Sequence record: NC_020079.1
Source of the DNA: Escherichia phage phAPEC8
Strand: one strand, 5' to 3'
Length of the DNA stretch: 64,000 bases
This document shows positions 9,401 to 19,478 of the stretch, piece after piece. Made by a program: the position numbers and the translations under genes. Below the pieces are notes generated by a model. The model saw only the letters and a program-made list of their open reading frames with translations. It was not told where the DNA came from and made no database searches. Numbering within the stretch: the first letter of the stretch is position 1; each line of letters opens with the position of its first letter.

Positions 9401-12400
9401 ATGGCAACATTCCCAACATATCCAGCAACGTCTCTCGAACAGGGCGTAGACCTGGTTATTTTCTCATCTAACCAACTCCATGATGTTATTAATGGAAGTG
9501 CTACAGAGAGTATTGAAACAGAATCAGGGTTGATACCAACCCTGAGAAAAGCCCTTGTTGACAACTTTTTCTTTAAAAGTCCATTAGATTGGGCGCAAGG
9601 CACAAACGAAACAGTTTTTAACCAACTTCGTTATTTCCAGAACGGGGTGTTGAGTGGTTATTACTATGCGCCTAACGCTACACTGGTAAACCCAATTCCT
9701 ATGCAAGGGACTCCAGTAGGAGATAACAACTGGGTATTGTGGGGACTGAAGACAGAACAACTAGCAACAGAAGTCACCCCTTGGGTATATTCTGGTGCAA
9801 CTGGTTATGAAACAGTAATCAGTCCTCCCTACATCTTTGATAGTGCTATTGTTACGATCAATGGTGTTATTCAGGTTCTGGGAGAAGCTTTCCGCATAGA
9901 AGATAGTAAAATCATCTTATCTGAACCTTTGGGACACGATCCTGCAACAGGACTGCCAAACAAACTTTTTGCCTATATTGGTAAAATCGTAGCTTCCGCA
10001 GATACAGATCCTAACTTAGAAAACCGTCTTGTCAGTTTAGAAACAAAAACTGAAGAACTGACAGAAAGCATGGATAAAGTACCTTTACAAACTATTGCTC
10101 GTAAATACGGTTTGTTGGATGATGAAGTAGCTTACGCAACAGCGGGTCAATCGTTAACAGGGATTAAAGCTCTGTATGATCCAGTAGCACAATCTTCCTA
10201 CACATTGCCTCCTAACATCACAGGGACTTTAACATCCTTGTCTGTTTCTGGAGTAATGACTTATTCTGGCGGATCTGTAGATCTTTCTGCATTGGCTGTT
10301 GAACGTGGACAGTTTGTTCATTTGCCTACAAGCTTTGGTAATAACGTAACTCTGACAGCTAAAAATCAGACGATTGGACGTGGTGCTGGTCGTTATCGTT
10401 GGGCTGGGAGTTTACCAAAAAGTATTTTGGCCTCAGATACATTGGAGACAAGCGGTGGATTAGGTCCAAATGCATGGGTTCTGACCAATACAGAAGGACT
10501 GTTAACCCCTCGTGGTGGAACATACAACGATTTATTCGATGTTGTCTACTTATCAGAATTTGCTAACAACACAACAACATATACCACACCAGAAGCAGCT
10601 TTCCAAGCGGCACTGTTAGCAGCAAAAGCTTCGAAAAGCAAGATTCTCGATGCTTACGGTTGCGATATGACTTTCACGACAAGCTCTTTTGATATTCAAG
10701 GTATCACTTTGCGTGGGGGTGTGTTCCGTGGTCAACGCGACTATCGTGTGCAAAATGCTACAGTAGAAGGCACAACTTTCCGTAACTCTCGTGTTATGTA
10801 TTGGGGTGGTGCTGTGCGCATGTTCGATTGTTTGTGGGACGGTGCTCCTCGCGCAGGTCAAGTTGGTAGCTTGGTATTCCAAGGCAACCCAATATCAGGT
10901 ACTTTTGAAATTGATAACTGTACTTTTAAAAACGGGTTGTATGGCATCCTTCAACAAGGAACAGGGGAACCAGTAACACGTGGTGTCTTCCGTAACCTTA
11001 CCTTCATGGACATGCAAGGTGATGCAATAGAACTGAACGTCATCAATAAACATTATGACGATGGTTGTGTGATTGAGAATATTTACCTGTCTAATATCGA
11101 TGGGACTAACGCTCCTATTCCTCTGTCCAACTGGGGTATCGGTATCGGTGTAGCTGGTAAAGGACCATATGGTTACGGAATCCCTGATGATCAATATTGC
11201 AAGAATATTACAATTCGTAACGTTTTTGCAAAACGTTGTCGTCAGATTGTCCACGTAGAAGTTGGTCGTAATATCTCTATCGAAAACATTCATGGCGATC
11301 CAGACCAGACCGTATCTGTTGGGACAGGTTTGGCAACTGGCGCAGTTGTAATGTATGGAAGTAAAGATTTTACGATTGACGGTGTTTACGGAGAGCCTAA
11401 AACAGACGGTAGCACACTTGCAAGTAATATCCGTATGATTTATTTGGAGTGGGGAACTAACGCAGTTCTGGACGAAGAGGGTAATCCGGTAGTTCCGGCA
11501 CAGGGTAGACCTTCAAACCCATGCTTTAACTATTCTGTTCGTAATATTCACACCAAAACTGGGCGTGTTTTTGCAGGAGTTTCCGCTGGGCCAGGTTATG
11601 AAAACAGAGTTAGCTTTGAAAATATTCGTTGCGCTGCATTGCAGTTATTCGGTATAGCTTCTTGGCTTTCAATGTCTAACATCACCTGTAATATCTTCGA
11701 TTGTGTTGGTCAACCTGAATCTGGTCCAGGGACATTTTATGATGGATTCTTCCGTAGAGAAAAATCTGTTCTTGAAATGGTTAACGTGAACTGTTACCCA
11801 GATGGCAAGACGATGGTTACTGGTCGTCCACAGTGGAGCCGTTGCCGTTACTCGGATATTCATCGTGTCAATTGTAATGTTGAAGCTAATATGTATACCA
11901 ATATCGCAGGTGGTATTGGAGCTATTGTAGGGACAACGGGCAAAGTTTATTACTTAGAGCCTAATCCTAGTCGAAACATTGATGGAATGCATTTCCCAAC
12001 AGGGAAAGAGTTTGACAAAGGTGATATGATAGTCAAGGCGGATAATACGTTCTTCCTTGTAACAACAAGTGGGGCATATATTCCAGATATCCCAGCTTTC
12101 GGTATTCGAGCTACACAGGCAGGAGATACCTTCCTGACACAGAACTTGACTCCTAACGGGACAGCAACAAATGCTTCTTGGTTGTATCATTACCCTCTGT
12201 CAGCAGGGACACGTATCCGTATTCCTGGCGCTGGTGTAGGTGGAGCAGATTTGGACACAGTTATTACTCGTGCACCTTATCAAGATAATGATACGTGGAC
12301 TAACCCAGTTAAAATAGACATTGCAGATCCAATTGTAACGCCTACAAGTGCTGGAGTTAGAATTAAAACCATACCTAATGATTCCAGTAATGTTTCTGTA

Positions 12401-12454
12401 GGTAATACTGCGGTTATTCGCCCAACGCCAGTAGTAGATGTGCCAACAACCTAA
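9401..12454 (+). CDS. Tailspike with probable right-handed beta-helix (depolymerase-like) domain
   Basis: 1017 aa; central region with repeated short beta-strand/turn units rich in N, G, I/V (NIYLSNIDGTN, NITIRNVFAKR, NISIENIHGD) typical of pectate-lyase-fold tailspikes. Confidence 0.5.
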   Translation: MATFPTYPATSLEQGVDLVIFSSNQLHDVINGSATESIETESGLIPTLRKALVDNFFFKSPLDWAQGTNETVFNQLRYFQNGVLSGYYYAPNATLVNPIPMQGTPVGDNNWVLWGLKTEQLATEVTPWVYSGATGYETVISPPYIFDSAIVTINGVIQVLGEAFRIEDSKIILSEPLGHDPATGLPNKLFAYIGKIVASADTDPNLENRLVSLETKTEELTESMDKVPLQTIARKYGLLDDEVAYATAGQSLTGIKALYDPVAQSSYTLPPNITGTLTSLSVSGVMTYSGGSVDLSALAVERGQFVHLPTSFGNNVTLTAKNQTIGRGAGRYRWAGSLPKSILASDTLETSGGLGPNAWVLTNTEGLLTPRGGTYNDLFDVVYLSEFANNTTTYTTPEAAFQAALLAAKASKSKILDAYGCDMTFTTSSFDIQGITLRGGVFRGQRDYRVQNATVEGTTFRNSRVMYWGGAVRMFDCLWDGAPRAGQVGSLVFQGNPISGTFEIDNCTFKNGLYGILQQGTGEPVTRGVFRNLTFMDMQGDAIELNVINKHYDDGCVIENIYLSNIDGTNAPIPLSNWGIGIGVAGKGPYGYGIPDDQYCKNITIRNVFAKRCRQIVHVEVGRNISIENIHGDPDQTVSVGTGLATGAVVMYGSKDFTIDGVYGEPKTDGSTLASNIRMIYLEWGTNAVLDEEGNPVVPAQGRPSNPCFNYSVRNIHTKTGRVFAGVSAGPGYENRVSFENIRCAALQLFGIASWLSMSNITCNIFDCVGQPESGPGTFYDGFFRREKSVLEMVNVNCYPDGKTMVTGRPQWSRCRYSDIHRVNCNVEANMYTNIAGGIGAIVGTTGKVYYLEPNPSRNIDGMHFPTGKEFDKGDMIVKADNTFFLVTTSGAYIPDIPAFGIRATQAGDTFLTQNLTPNGTATNASWLYHYPLSAGTRIRIPGAGVGGADLDTVITRAPYQDNDTWTNPVKIDIADPIVTPTSAGVRIKTIPNDSSNVSVGNTAVIRPTPVVDVPTT

Positions 12455-12460
12455 TGGAAT

Positions 12461-12480
12461 AGAGGGGGGATTCCCCCTCT
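12461..12480 (+). terminator. Hairpin after tailspike gene
   Basis: AGAGGGGG-GATT-CCCCCTCT perfect 8 bp stem; weak U-tract. Confidence 0.35.
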
Positions 12481-12516
12481 TCTTCCAATAGAATGGTCTA
12501 ATGATAGGAGAGATAA

Positions 12517-14541
12517 ATGAATTTAACAAGACCTAATAGTGCGATAGCCGATCTGGTAGAAGCTACTTATCGAAAACGTCGCAGCTTTGAGGCAGGTTTT
12601 ACATTACGTAATTCCCGTGAAGTTTTGCTGTTAGCAGCAGAAGGGAATTATTACCAATGGAAAGGAACTTTTCCTAAAGTTGTTCCAGCAAACTCTACGC
12701 CAGCCACCACAGGTGGTATTTCTTCCCTTGCATGGCAAAGTGTTGGGACCGCTGATGATATAGCAATTATCAATGCCAAGTTTACGGCAATGCAGCAACA
12801 GATTGATGATCTGTCGGAAACAATACCTGAAGCTGGTAAATCGGCTTATCAGATCGCACTTGATAATGGTTTTGTTGGAACAGAAGCACAATGGCTTGCT
12901 TCTTTGAAAGGGGATACTGGTGCTCAACTTAATATTAAAGGATCATTAGCAAGCACTAGTGAACTACCATCCACAGGTAACGTTGCAGGGGATGGTTATA
13001 TCGTAGGTGATGTAATCTACGCTTGGGATGGTTCTGTTTGGAAACTTATTTCTTCTCTTGGGCCAGAAGGTAAATCAGCTTACGAGGTATGGTTGGCAGA
13101 TGGTAATACAGGATCTGTTTATGATTTTCTTACCTCTATAAAAGGTGATAAAGGTGATGTTGGTCCTACAGGGCCACAGGGAGCACCTGGTGTTAACGCC
13201 AACGGTTTTGATTATCGTGGGGATTTGCCTTCTACAAGTAACTTACCACAACCTAACTCTGAAAACGTAAGCCAAGCTTATTCTATCAATGGTAATCTTT
13301 ATGTCTCTAATGGGACAGCTTGGGTCAACATGGGTAATATTGTTGGTCCTCAAGGTCCACAAGGTGAGGCAGGTAAAGACGGTCTTGATGGAACAGATGG
13401 AGATGAAGGGAAATCTGCATATCAAAGTTGGCTGGATGCTGGTAATGAAGGGACAGAAGTAGATTTTATTGCCTCACTTAAAGGTCCAAAAGGAGACAAG
13501 GGTGATCAAGGAGAGCGAGGTCCACAAGGTGAACTAGGTCCACAAGGACCAGTGGGTGCAACAGGATCAGGCTTAGAGATTATCGGGGTTCTGAACAGTG
13601 AAGCTGAACTTCCTCCTACTGGAGAAGTAGGTGATGCATATAAAATTAATAATGATTTGTATGTTTGGATTCAAGATGCTACGGAATGGATGAATGTTGG
13701 CAGTCTTGGAGGAACATCAATTACAGCTAAAGGTCATGTTCCGAACAGTGAAGCTCTCCCTGTTTATAATAACTATGGCGATGCCTACTTAACTGAAGAC
13801 ACCAGTAATCTTTACATCTATACCTACGATCAAGACACCAATTCCGCATCTTTTGTTGACATGGGAAGTATTAAAGGCGACAAAGGTGAAAAAGGGGATA
13901 AAGGGGATAAGGGTGATCCTGGAACAAATGGAACCAACGGTACTGATGGGACCAACGGTAAGGACGGCGCACAGTGGTTTGTAGCAACAACTAATCCAGT
14001 CGCAGGAGACGGTGTTATCAATGATTACGCCTTCAATACTACCACTGGAGCAGTGTTTAAGAAAACAGATTCTTCTACGTGGACACTTATAGGAACTCTT
14101 CCTAGTATACCAGAAGCCCCTCAAGACGGCTTGACGTATGGTCGTTCTGATGGAAACTGGATCGAAATATCAGGATCAGATCCTACAGAAGCTATAACAC
14201 CAACTAGAGTTACAGCAGGTTTCATGGAACTTGAAACAACTACTGCCAACTCTGGAGCATCTTGGACTCCTTCTGGAACTTCCAATATGTATGTTGTTAC
14301 AGTAACTGATGCTCTGACAGTTGGAGCATGGCCTGGTGTCACTGGCTCTACAAAACCTAAAGCGTTTTCAGCAATGATTTATTTGATTCAAGATACAACG
14401 GGACACACGGTTACACTAGATGCGTCTTATGGAGCACTAAATGATACAGAAATAGCAACTACTGCTAACGCAGTAACAATTTTGCAATTAACGTATCCTG
14501 GTGTGGGTGATATCGTGGACATGGTTGTTGTAACACGATAA
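12517..14541 (+). CDS. Collagen-like repeat tail fibre protein
   Basis: 674 aa with several Gly-X-Y runs (GDKGDVGPTGPQGAPG; GPQGPQGEAGKDGLDGTDGDEG; GPKGDKGDQGERGPQGELGPQGPVGATG; GDKGEKGDKGDKGDPGTNGTNGTDGTNGKDG). Confidence 0.65.
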   Translation: MNLTRPNSAIADLVEATYRKRRSFEAGFTLRNSREVLLLAAEGNYYQWKGTFPKVVPANSTPATTGGISSLAWQSVGTADDIAIINAKFTAMQQQIDDLSETIPEAGKSAYQIALDNGFVGTEAQWLASLKGDTGAQLNIKGSLASTSELPSTGNVAGDGYIVGDVIYAWDGSVWKLISSLGPEGKSAYEVWLADGNTGSVYDFLTSIKGDKGDVGPTGPQGAPGVNANGFDYRGDLPSTSNLPQPNSENVSQAYSINGNLYVSNGTAWVNMGNIVGPQGPQGEAGKDGLDGTDGDEGKSAYQSWLDAGNEGTEVDFIASLKGPKGDKGDQGERGPQGELGPQGPVGATGSGLEIIGVLNSEAELPPTGEVGDAYKINNDLYVWIQDATEWMNVGSLGGTSITAKGHVPNSEALPVYNNYGDAYLTEDTSNLYIYTYDQDTNSASFVDMGSIKGDKGEKGDKGDKGDPGTNGTNGTDGTNGKDGAQWFVATTNPVAGDGVINDYAFNTTTGAVFKKTDSSTWTLIGTLPSIPEAPQDGLTYGRSDGNWIEISGSDPTEAITPTRVTAGFMELETTTANSGASWTPSGTSNMYVVTVTDALTVGAWPGVTGSTKPKAFSAMIYLIQDTTGHTVTLDASYGALNDTEIATTANAVTILQLTYPGVGDIVDMVVVTR

Positions 14542-14544
14542 CAG

Positions 14545-14569
14545 AAGCCCCGAAAGGGGCTTTCTTTTT
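14545..14569 (+). terminator. Rho-independent terminator
   Basis: AAGCCCC-GAAA-GGGGCTT followed by TCTTTTT, directly after the fibre stop. Confidence 0.6.
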
Positions 14570-14582
14570 ATGGAGGGTTTAA

Positions 14583-17258
14583 ATGTTTCCAATTCCAATA
14601 TTTACTATTATGACCAGCACTGGTGTCGTTCCTCTGCCAGCAGGTATTGTTAAAAAAGTAATCACTTTAGATTACCCAGATAATGCTGGTAATTCTAACA
14701 GCAGTTTAGCAATTTTGCTTAATGATGGTAGATTGTTTACTCAAGGCGCAAACCTTTTTGGTGAGATTGCAGATGGAACTCGTAGTGCACGATTCAATAA
14801 TTTCCACTTAGCTTCTACTGTAGTAGCGGATGTGTTTACCGCAGATCGTTGTTTTGTTATTAAAACTAACAGTGGGGGATGGCAATATTCAGGATTGACA
14901 GCAGGATTGGTAGGATCTATAGCAGCAGGTGGTACGGACGCATGTGTAACTACTTGGACCAGCTTTCCATCTGTAATAACAGGGACTATCTCTTTAGCCA
15001 ATCTTAAAGAGGTTAAGGGAGGATATAACAACACTCTCTGGTTAATGAATAGTGGTGTTCTTTACGGATCTGGTCAAAACACAGTAGGCAGTTTAGGTGC
15101 AAGTACTACTAACGAAGTTTCTACTCCTCGTCAGATAACAAGTGCAGCAGTTGCTTTTGATGCAGGTTACAACCAATGCTCTTATGTCAACAATGTGGGA
15201 ACCTTGCGTGTTTGTGGAGCTAGTAAAGGTTTAGCAGGTAATAATAACACAACAACAGCTTTTGTCAATGCCAAGATATCCGCTACTGAAACAGTGTATG
15301 TCAAAGATTACATCAATACAGTTTCCCAGACAATAGTTGTAGGAGATACCTCCGGTGGCACGGGTGCAGTAAACTACTTATATGTTAGATCTAATACAGA
15401 AACAACCTACACTAAACTGGATACCTTTGCAGCAGGTTTCTCAACATGGAAATTTCCACCAAGCCGCCACTCTTTTTTCGTTGGGATCAATAATTCCTTG
15501 TGGGCTATTGGTAAGAACTACACTGCAAACTTAGGTTTGGGGTATGATTCTGCGAGCGGAGATCCACTTCAAGTGGGAAAACCAGTTAAACCTGAAGGAG
15601 TGGGTTCCTGGGATATAAACAAGCTCACAAGCGTTCATACGCTGAATATGGATGTTACTAACCAATTAGGTTATCAAGGAACCTTTTTCGTTTATAATGG
15701 AGATATGTATTATTCCGGTATTTGGAAAGATGGAAAAGCCTCGTATCTGTTCAATAGTGGTCTAAACTATAATAAATTCACACCAATAGCAAGCTCCGTG
15801 ATTACGGGTGATATTCTGGCAACTGGCTTAACTACGGATTCTTTAGGAATTTGTATTGTAGGTGGAACTAAACAGTTGACACATTCTGTTAGCCCAGAAG
15901 GAGGTAAACTTTTCAATATTAAATATACTTCTTCTGCCCCTGCAAACATGACAATATCGTCTACTGGTTTAATGACTTTCCATGCAGAAGGTGGTTTTGA
16001 TGCAGGTATGACAGCCTTAAACGCTGAAGGAACAACTTTATCAGATACCTCTGGAGGATATGCTTCAACATTGAGTGTTTACACCCCTAGCTTATCTGCG
16101 ATGGATGTAGGAACAACACAAACAATGGTAGCAGAAATAACGCCAACAGGAGCAGCAAGCTTACCTGGCATGGTTGTTGAGTATTTCTCTAATGACCCTA
16201 CGGTAGCAACAGTTGACCCCGTTACAGGCGTTATTACAGCGGTTGCTGATGGAGGTTGTCGTATCGGTTGTAGAGCAACTTATCAAGGTGTGGTAACTGC
16301 CGAAGATAGTTCTTATCTCACAGTGAATGCTGTGGTGATTGTGATGGATTATGATTTGACGCAAGAAACTATTCCGGCGGATGTAAAGGTCAACAGGAGT
16401 AACCGTTATGCCAGGGCTTCTGGAGATATCCTTGTACCTACAGAGAGTTCTGCTCCCGTAGCACCTTTAGAATATGTTGGTACAACTCCACAAGGTAGAC
16501 GTGTTGTAGCAGCCAACCGTACACATATCTTTATCAACAATAACTTGACAACAGCTTCCCCGTGGTTGAAGACGAACTTGACAGTCACAGCATCAACAAT
16601 CAACTCTCCGGTTGGAACTACGGCTAACACTTACAAGTTAACACCTTCTACAACTTCAGGACAACATATTTTATCAGCAGTGAATACAGCTTCTGATATT
16701 ACAGCAGGTAAGCACTGGGCGGCATCCGTATTCTTGAAGCCAGATGGGATCACTAAAGTGAAACTCAAATTGACTTCAGGAGATGAGATTAACGAAGGGA
16801 CTTATGATCTTGTAGCTGGAACATTTACAGGTGCAGATGCAAACATAATCGATATGGGGAATGGTTGGTATCGTGTAATTCTACACAAAGTGACAGTTGC
16901 CAAACAAGCATCTATAACCTATGAGATTATAGCTTTGAATGCAAGTGGATCAGACACTTTCGCAGGAGATGGTACGGCAGGTCTTATTGCTTGGGTTCCA
17001 CAGCTTGAGATGGGGGATATGACAAATCCAGTTTGGGCGGGGACACCATTTGTTTGTTCTTATGCACGAGACACTACCAGTGCTGTTACCTTCACTATTC
17101 CTAAGAATGGACATACTGGCGTGGACATTTACCACACTGATGGTACTGTGCAACGAGAGGTCTTCACTGGTACAGCTACAACTTGGATGTTGACGTTCAC
17201 CGCCGCAAGTGCGGATTGGGGATCGAAGTTCATTACAGGTTTGAAATATTACGACTAA
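14583..17258 (+). CDS. Large virion protein with bacterial Ig-like domain(s)
   Basis: 891 aa; T/S/G-rich; segment MVVEYFSNDPTVATVDPVTGVITAVADGGCRIGCRATYQGVVTAEDSSYLTVNAV resembles a Big_2-type Ig-like fold. Confidence 0.45.
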   Translation: MFPIPIFTIMTSTGVVPLPAGIVKKVITLDYPDNAGNSNSSLAILLNDGRLFTQGANLFGEIADGTRSARFNNFHLASTVVADVFTADRCFVIKTNSGGWQYSGLTAGLVGSIAAGGTDACVTTWTSFPSVITGTISLANLKEVKGGYNNTLWLMNSGVLYGSGQNTVGSLGASTTNEVSTPRQITSAAVAFDAGYNQCSYVNNVGTLRVCGASKGLAGNNNTTTAFVNAKISATETVYVKDYINTVSQTIVVGDTSGGTGAVNYLYVRSNTETTYTKLDTFAAGFSTWKFPPSRHSFFVGINNSLWAIGKNYTANLGLGYDSASGDPLQVGKPVKPEGVGSWDINKLTSVHTLNMDVTNQLGYQGTFFVYNGDMYYSGIWKDGKASYLFNSGLNYNKFTPIASSVITGDILATGLTTDSLGICIVGGTKQLTHSVSPEGGKLFNIKYTSSAPANMTISSTGLMTFHAEGGFDAGMTALNAEGTTLSDTSGGYASTLSVYTPSLSAMDVGTTQTMVAEITPTGAASLPGMVVEYFSNDPTVATVDPVTGVITAVADGGCRIGCRATYQGVVTAEDSSYLTVNAVVIVMDYDLTQETIPADVKVNRSNRYARASGDILVPTESSAPVAPLEYVGTTPQGRRVVAANRTHIFINNNLTTASPWLKTNLTVTASTINSPVGTTANTYKLTPSTTSGQHILSAVNTASDITAGKHWAASVFLKPDGITKVKLKLTSGDEINEGTYDLVAGTFTGADANIIDMGNGWYRVILHKVTVAKQASITYEIIALNASGSDTFAGDGTAGLIAWVPQLEMGDMTNPVWAGTPFVCSYARDTTSAVTFTIPKNGHTGVDIYHTDGTVQREVFTGTATTWMLTFTAASADWGSKFITGLKYYD

Positions 17259-17261
17259 TAA

Positions 17262-17295
17262 AAAAGGGAACCCGCAAAGGTTCCCTTTTCTTTTA
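17262..17295. terminator. Bidirectional intrinsic terminator between convergent modules
   Basis: AAAAGGGAACC-CGCAAA-GGTTCCCTTTT flanked by A-run and T-run; lies between the last + strand structural gene and the first - strand gene. Confidence 0.6.
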
Positions 17296-17321
17296 TAAAA
17301 ACTCTTTATAAATCAATAAGA

Positions 17322-18209
17322 TTAGAATGGGATATCATCGTCGAAGTCCATTGGAGGTTCTTCTTGATTGCTTGGAGTTGGTTCTGGTTGTGGTTCAGGT
17401 TTCTTCTCTTCTTTCTTCTCTTCTTTCTTAGGTTGTTCTGCGGAACCACGAATGGCAGCAGCAACTTTATCAGACAGAGCCAGAACTTTACGAGCAGAGT
17501 CAATCAGATCTTCTACAGATACAGTCTTAATGGTATGGTCTTTACAAGCATTGAGAATAGCGTGACCAACAGATGCCCCAAGATCATAATCATTAATATC
17601 AACGCCACGAGATTCAGCAATTTCAGATTTCAGCGTGACAGTTGCAGATTGAACAACCCCAGCGATATCGAAAGCATCGCCTTTAACACCATTACGAATC
17701 AGTTCCAGTGCACCATTTACTGCGTGACCAGTTTCCAGACCTACAGTATCACGTTTTTTATAGGACTGCTTAGGAGCAGCATCGTTGGAACCTTTATTGC
17801 CAGAAGATTTGTTAGACTTCTGAACACCATCGGTAGACAATACTGTAATACGAGATTTTTTAGTATTGTAGTAAGTCTTACCGCCTTTATTATCAACGCG
17901 ATCAATATCAATACTTACTTCTACACCTTTTTCAATAGTGATCCAATTATCACCTTCTTTGACTTGCAGGTTTTCATAACCTTCTTTCAGTTCAATGTCA
18001 CCAAGAGAAATCCAAACACCTTTCTCATCTGGTTTAGCACCTTTCTCTTTCAGAACAAGAGAAGCTCGGTGAGTTGAAACAATCGTTTTCCCTTCCCAAT
18101 GAAAAGTTTTAGGTTCAGCGAATTTATCCAGTTTAACGTAGTCTACGATACCAGTTGCATAAGTTACGGTTTTGCCTTTACGATCAGTTTCAGTATTAAT
18201 TACGGACAT
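17322..18209 (-). CDS. ssDNA-binding protein candidate with acidic C-terminal tail
   Basis: 295 aa; Lys/Glu/Pro-rich linker then C-terminus MDFDDDIPF identical in character to the bacterial SSB tail tip; adjacent to replication genes. Confidence 0.5.
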   Translation of the reverse strand: MSVINTETDRKGKTVTYATGIVDYVKLDKFAEPKTFHWEGKTIVSTHRASLVLKEKGAKPDEKGVWISLGDIELKEGYENLQVKEGDNWITIEKGVEVSIDIDRVDNKGGKTYYNTKKSRITVLSTDGVQKSNKSSGNKGSNDAAPKQSYKKRDTVGLETGHAVNGALELIRNGVKGDAFDIAGVVQSATVTLKSEIAESRGVDINDYDLGASVGHAILNACKDHTIKTVSVEDLIDSARKVLALSDKVAAAIRGSAEQPKKEEKKEEKKPEPQPEPTPSNQEEPPMDFDDDIPF

Positions 18210-18225
18210 TATTATCTCCTCTACA

Positions 18226-18618
18226 TTACATTAATTTTGCACAGAAAGAGCGGAGTCTTTCCATATCATCTTGCTCTAACAGGTATTTACCTTTACCTAT
18301 TCCAACTCCAATTTCACCATTAGGAAAATGAACTATTTGCACTGGGAAACCTCCGAGTTTAATTGTGGCAGCTTTGCCTTCTTCGTCTATAACGTTTCGG
18401 ATTGTATCTTGCAGTGAAATGAATTCTTTGTTTGTAACAGTGGTTTCAATTATTTCAGATGTTTCGACACGAGCAGTTAGCTTCTTGTTTCCACCTTGAA
18501 TAACCAAAATTTGAAAATAAAAAGAGTTGTCAAGACCTACAACATTTTTCTCAACTAGTGTCAAACTGGTATAGTTTCCATAAACAGTTTCAACAGCTAT
18601 CTTAGAACGTTCAGTCAT
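18226..18618 (-). CDS. Hypothetical protein
   Basis: 130 aa ORF, compact operon context. Confidence 0.35.
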   Translation of the reverse strand: MTERSKIAVETVYGNYTSLTLVEKNVVGLDNSFYFQILVIQGGNKKLTARVETSEIIETTVTNKEFISLQDTIRNVIDEEGKAATIKLGGFPVQIVHFPNGEIGVGIGKGKYLLEQDDMERLRSFCAKLM

Positions 18619-18663
18619 TGAATGCTATCCTATCATAAAATGTTTAATATTGTCAAGCTTTAA

Positions 18664-19257
18664 TTACCAAGGAATATCATCTTCTTCCAATCTGGTATCT
18701 ACTTGAGGTGGACGTGGAACCTTAACCTCTTTCACAAAACGAAGATATGGGAAACGTGTAGCAATTTTAATAACATGTTTGGCATCTTCTCTAACATCTT
18801 TGTGCAAGAAGCAGATCCCTGTTTCCAAGGTTGTTTCAAAATCTTTAGAATAATAACAGTCCTTCCCATCAAATGCAGCCTGGCAGATGGACAGATCGAA
18901 CTCATTTAGAAAGGTTGTCATTACGCTTGGTTCCATAATCATAAGGTTGCAAAGCTGACCATCACGTTCAAACTCAAAAACGTGTTTAAGACCAGTAACA
19001 CCTTCATAATTGTCAGAAGCCTCTTTGTTCCCTAGTTTACGAATATTGGTTCCCATTAAAGCAGATGCAATTAATCCTTGTATTTGTTCTTCAGTCCGAT
19101 GTGCAGGAAGGGATGTATAGAAATCCAGATCACGTCCAGCAATATCAAGAATACGCCAATCACGAACAGCACCGCCAGCCAAGACAGAATTAGGATCAGC
19201 GATCTTTAATATGGTAAGAATTTCTTTGGCAATATTGATTTGTTTTGATTTAGTCAT
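18664..19257 (-). CDS. Minimal class II nucleotidyltransferase (CCA-adding/poly(A) polymerase head-like)
   Basis: 197 aa; LAGGAVRDWRILDIAGRDLDFYT carries the GGAVRD signature and downstream D-x-D; C-terminus EEDDIPW. Confidence 0.5.
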   Translation of the reverse strand: MTKSKQINIAKEILTILKIADPNSVLAGGAVRDWRILDIAGRDLDFYTSLPAHRTEEQIQGLIASALMGTNIRKLGNKEASDNYEGVTGLKHVFEFERDGQLCNLMIMEPSVMTTFLNEFDLSICQAAFDGKDCYYSKDFETTLETGICFLHKDVREDAKHVIKIATRFPYLRFVKEVKVPRPPQVDTRLEEDDIPW

Positions 19258-19468
19258 TGATACGCTCCACAGTTACTTTTACAACATCGTCCATATTAAT
19301 CTCATCCCCCAAGACCTCAATAACACCTTCCTCATAAAGTCGAGCACATTCTTCCCACACTTCAGCTTCCGTCATTCCACCTGCAATCTTATTTGCAAGA
19401 CCTTTAATAACATCTTCATTTTGTTCATCAACAAGAATTGAAACATTAAAGCTCACTAATTTACGCAT
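19250..19468 (-). CDS. Hypothetical protein
   Basis: 72 aa; RBS AAGGAGA upstream; start-overlaps the upstream stop. Confidence 0.35.
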   Translation of the reverse strand: MRKLVSFNVSILVDEQNEDVIKGLANKIAGGMTEAEVWEECARLYEEGVIEVLGDEINMDDVVKVTVERIND

Positions 19469-19478
19469 TGTTTTCTCC

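Noticed and set aside
17364-18077. 237 aa + strand ORF antisense to the SSB gene
   Set aside because: Lies entirely inside the better-supported - strand SSB gene; translation is low-complexity (F/L/S-rich) with no RBS; typical shadow ORF.
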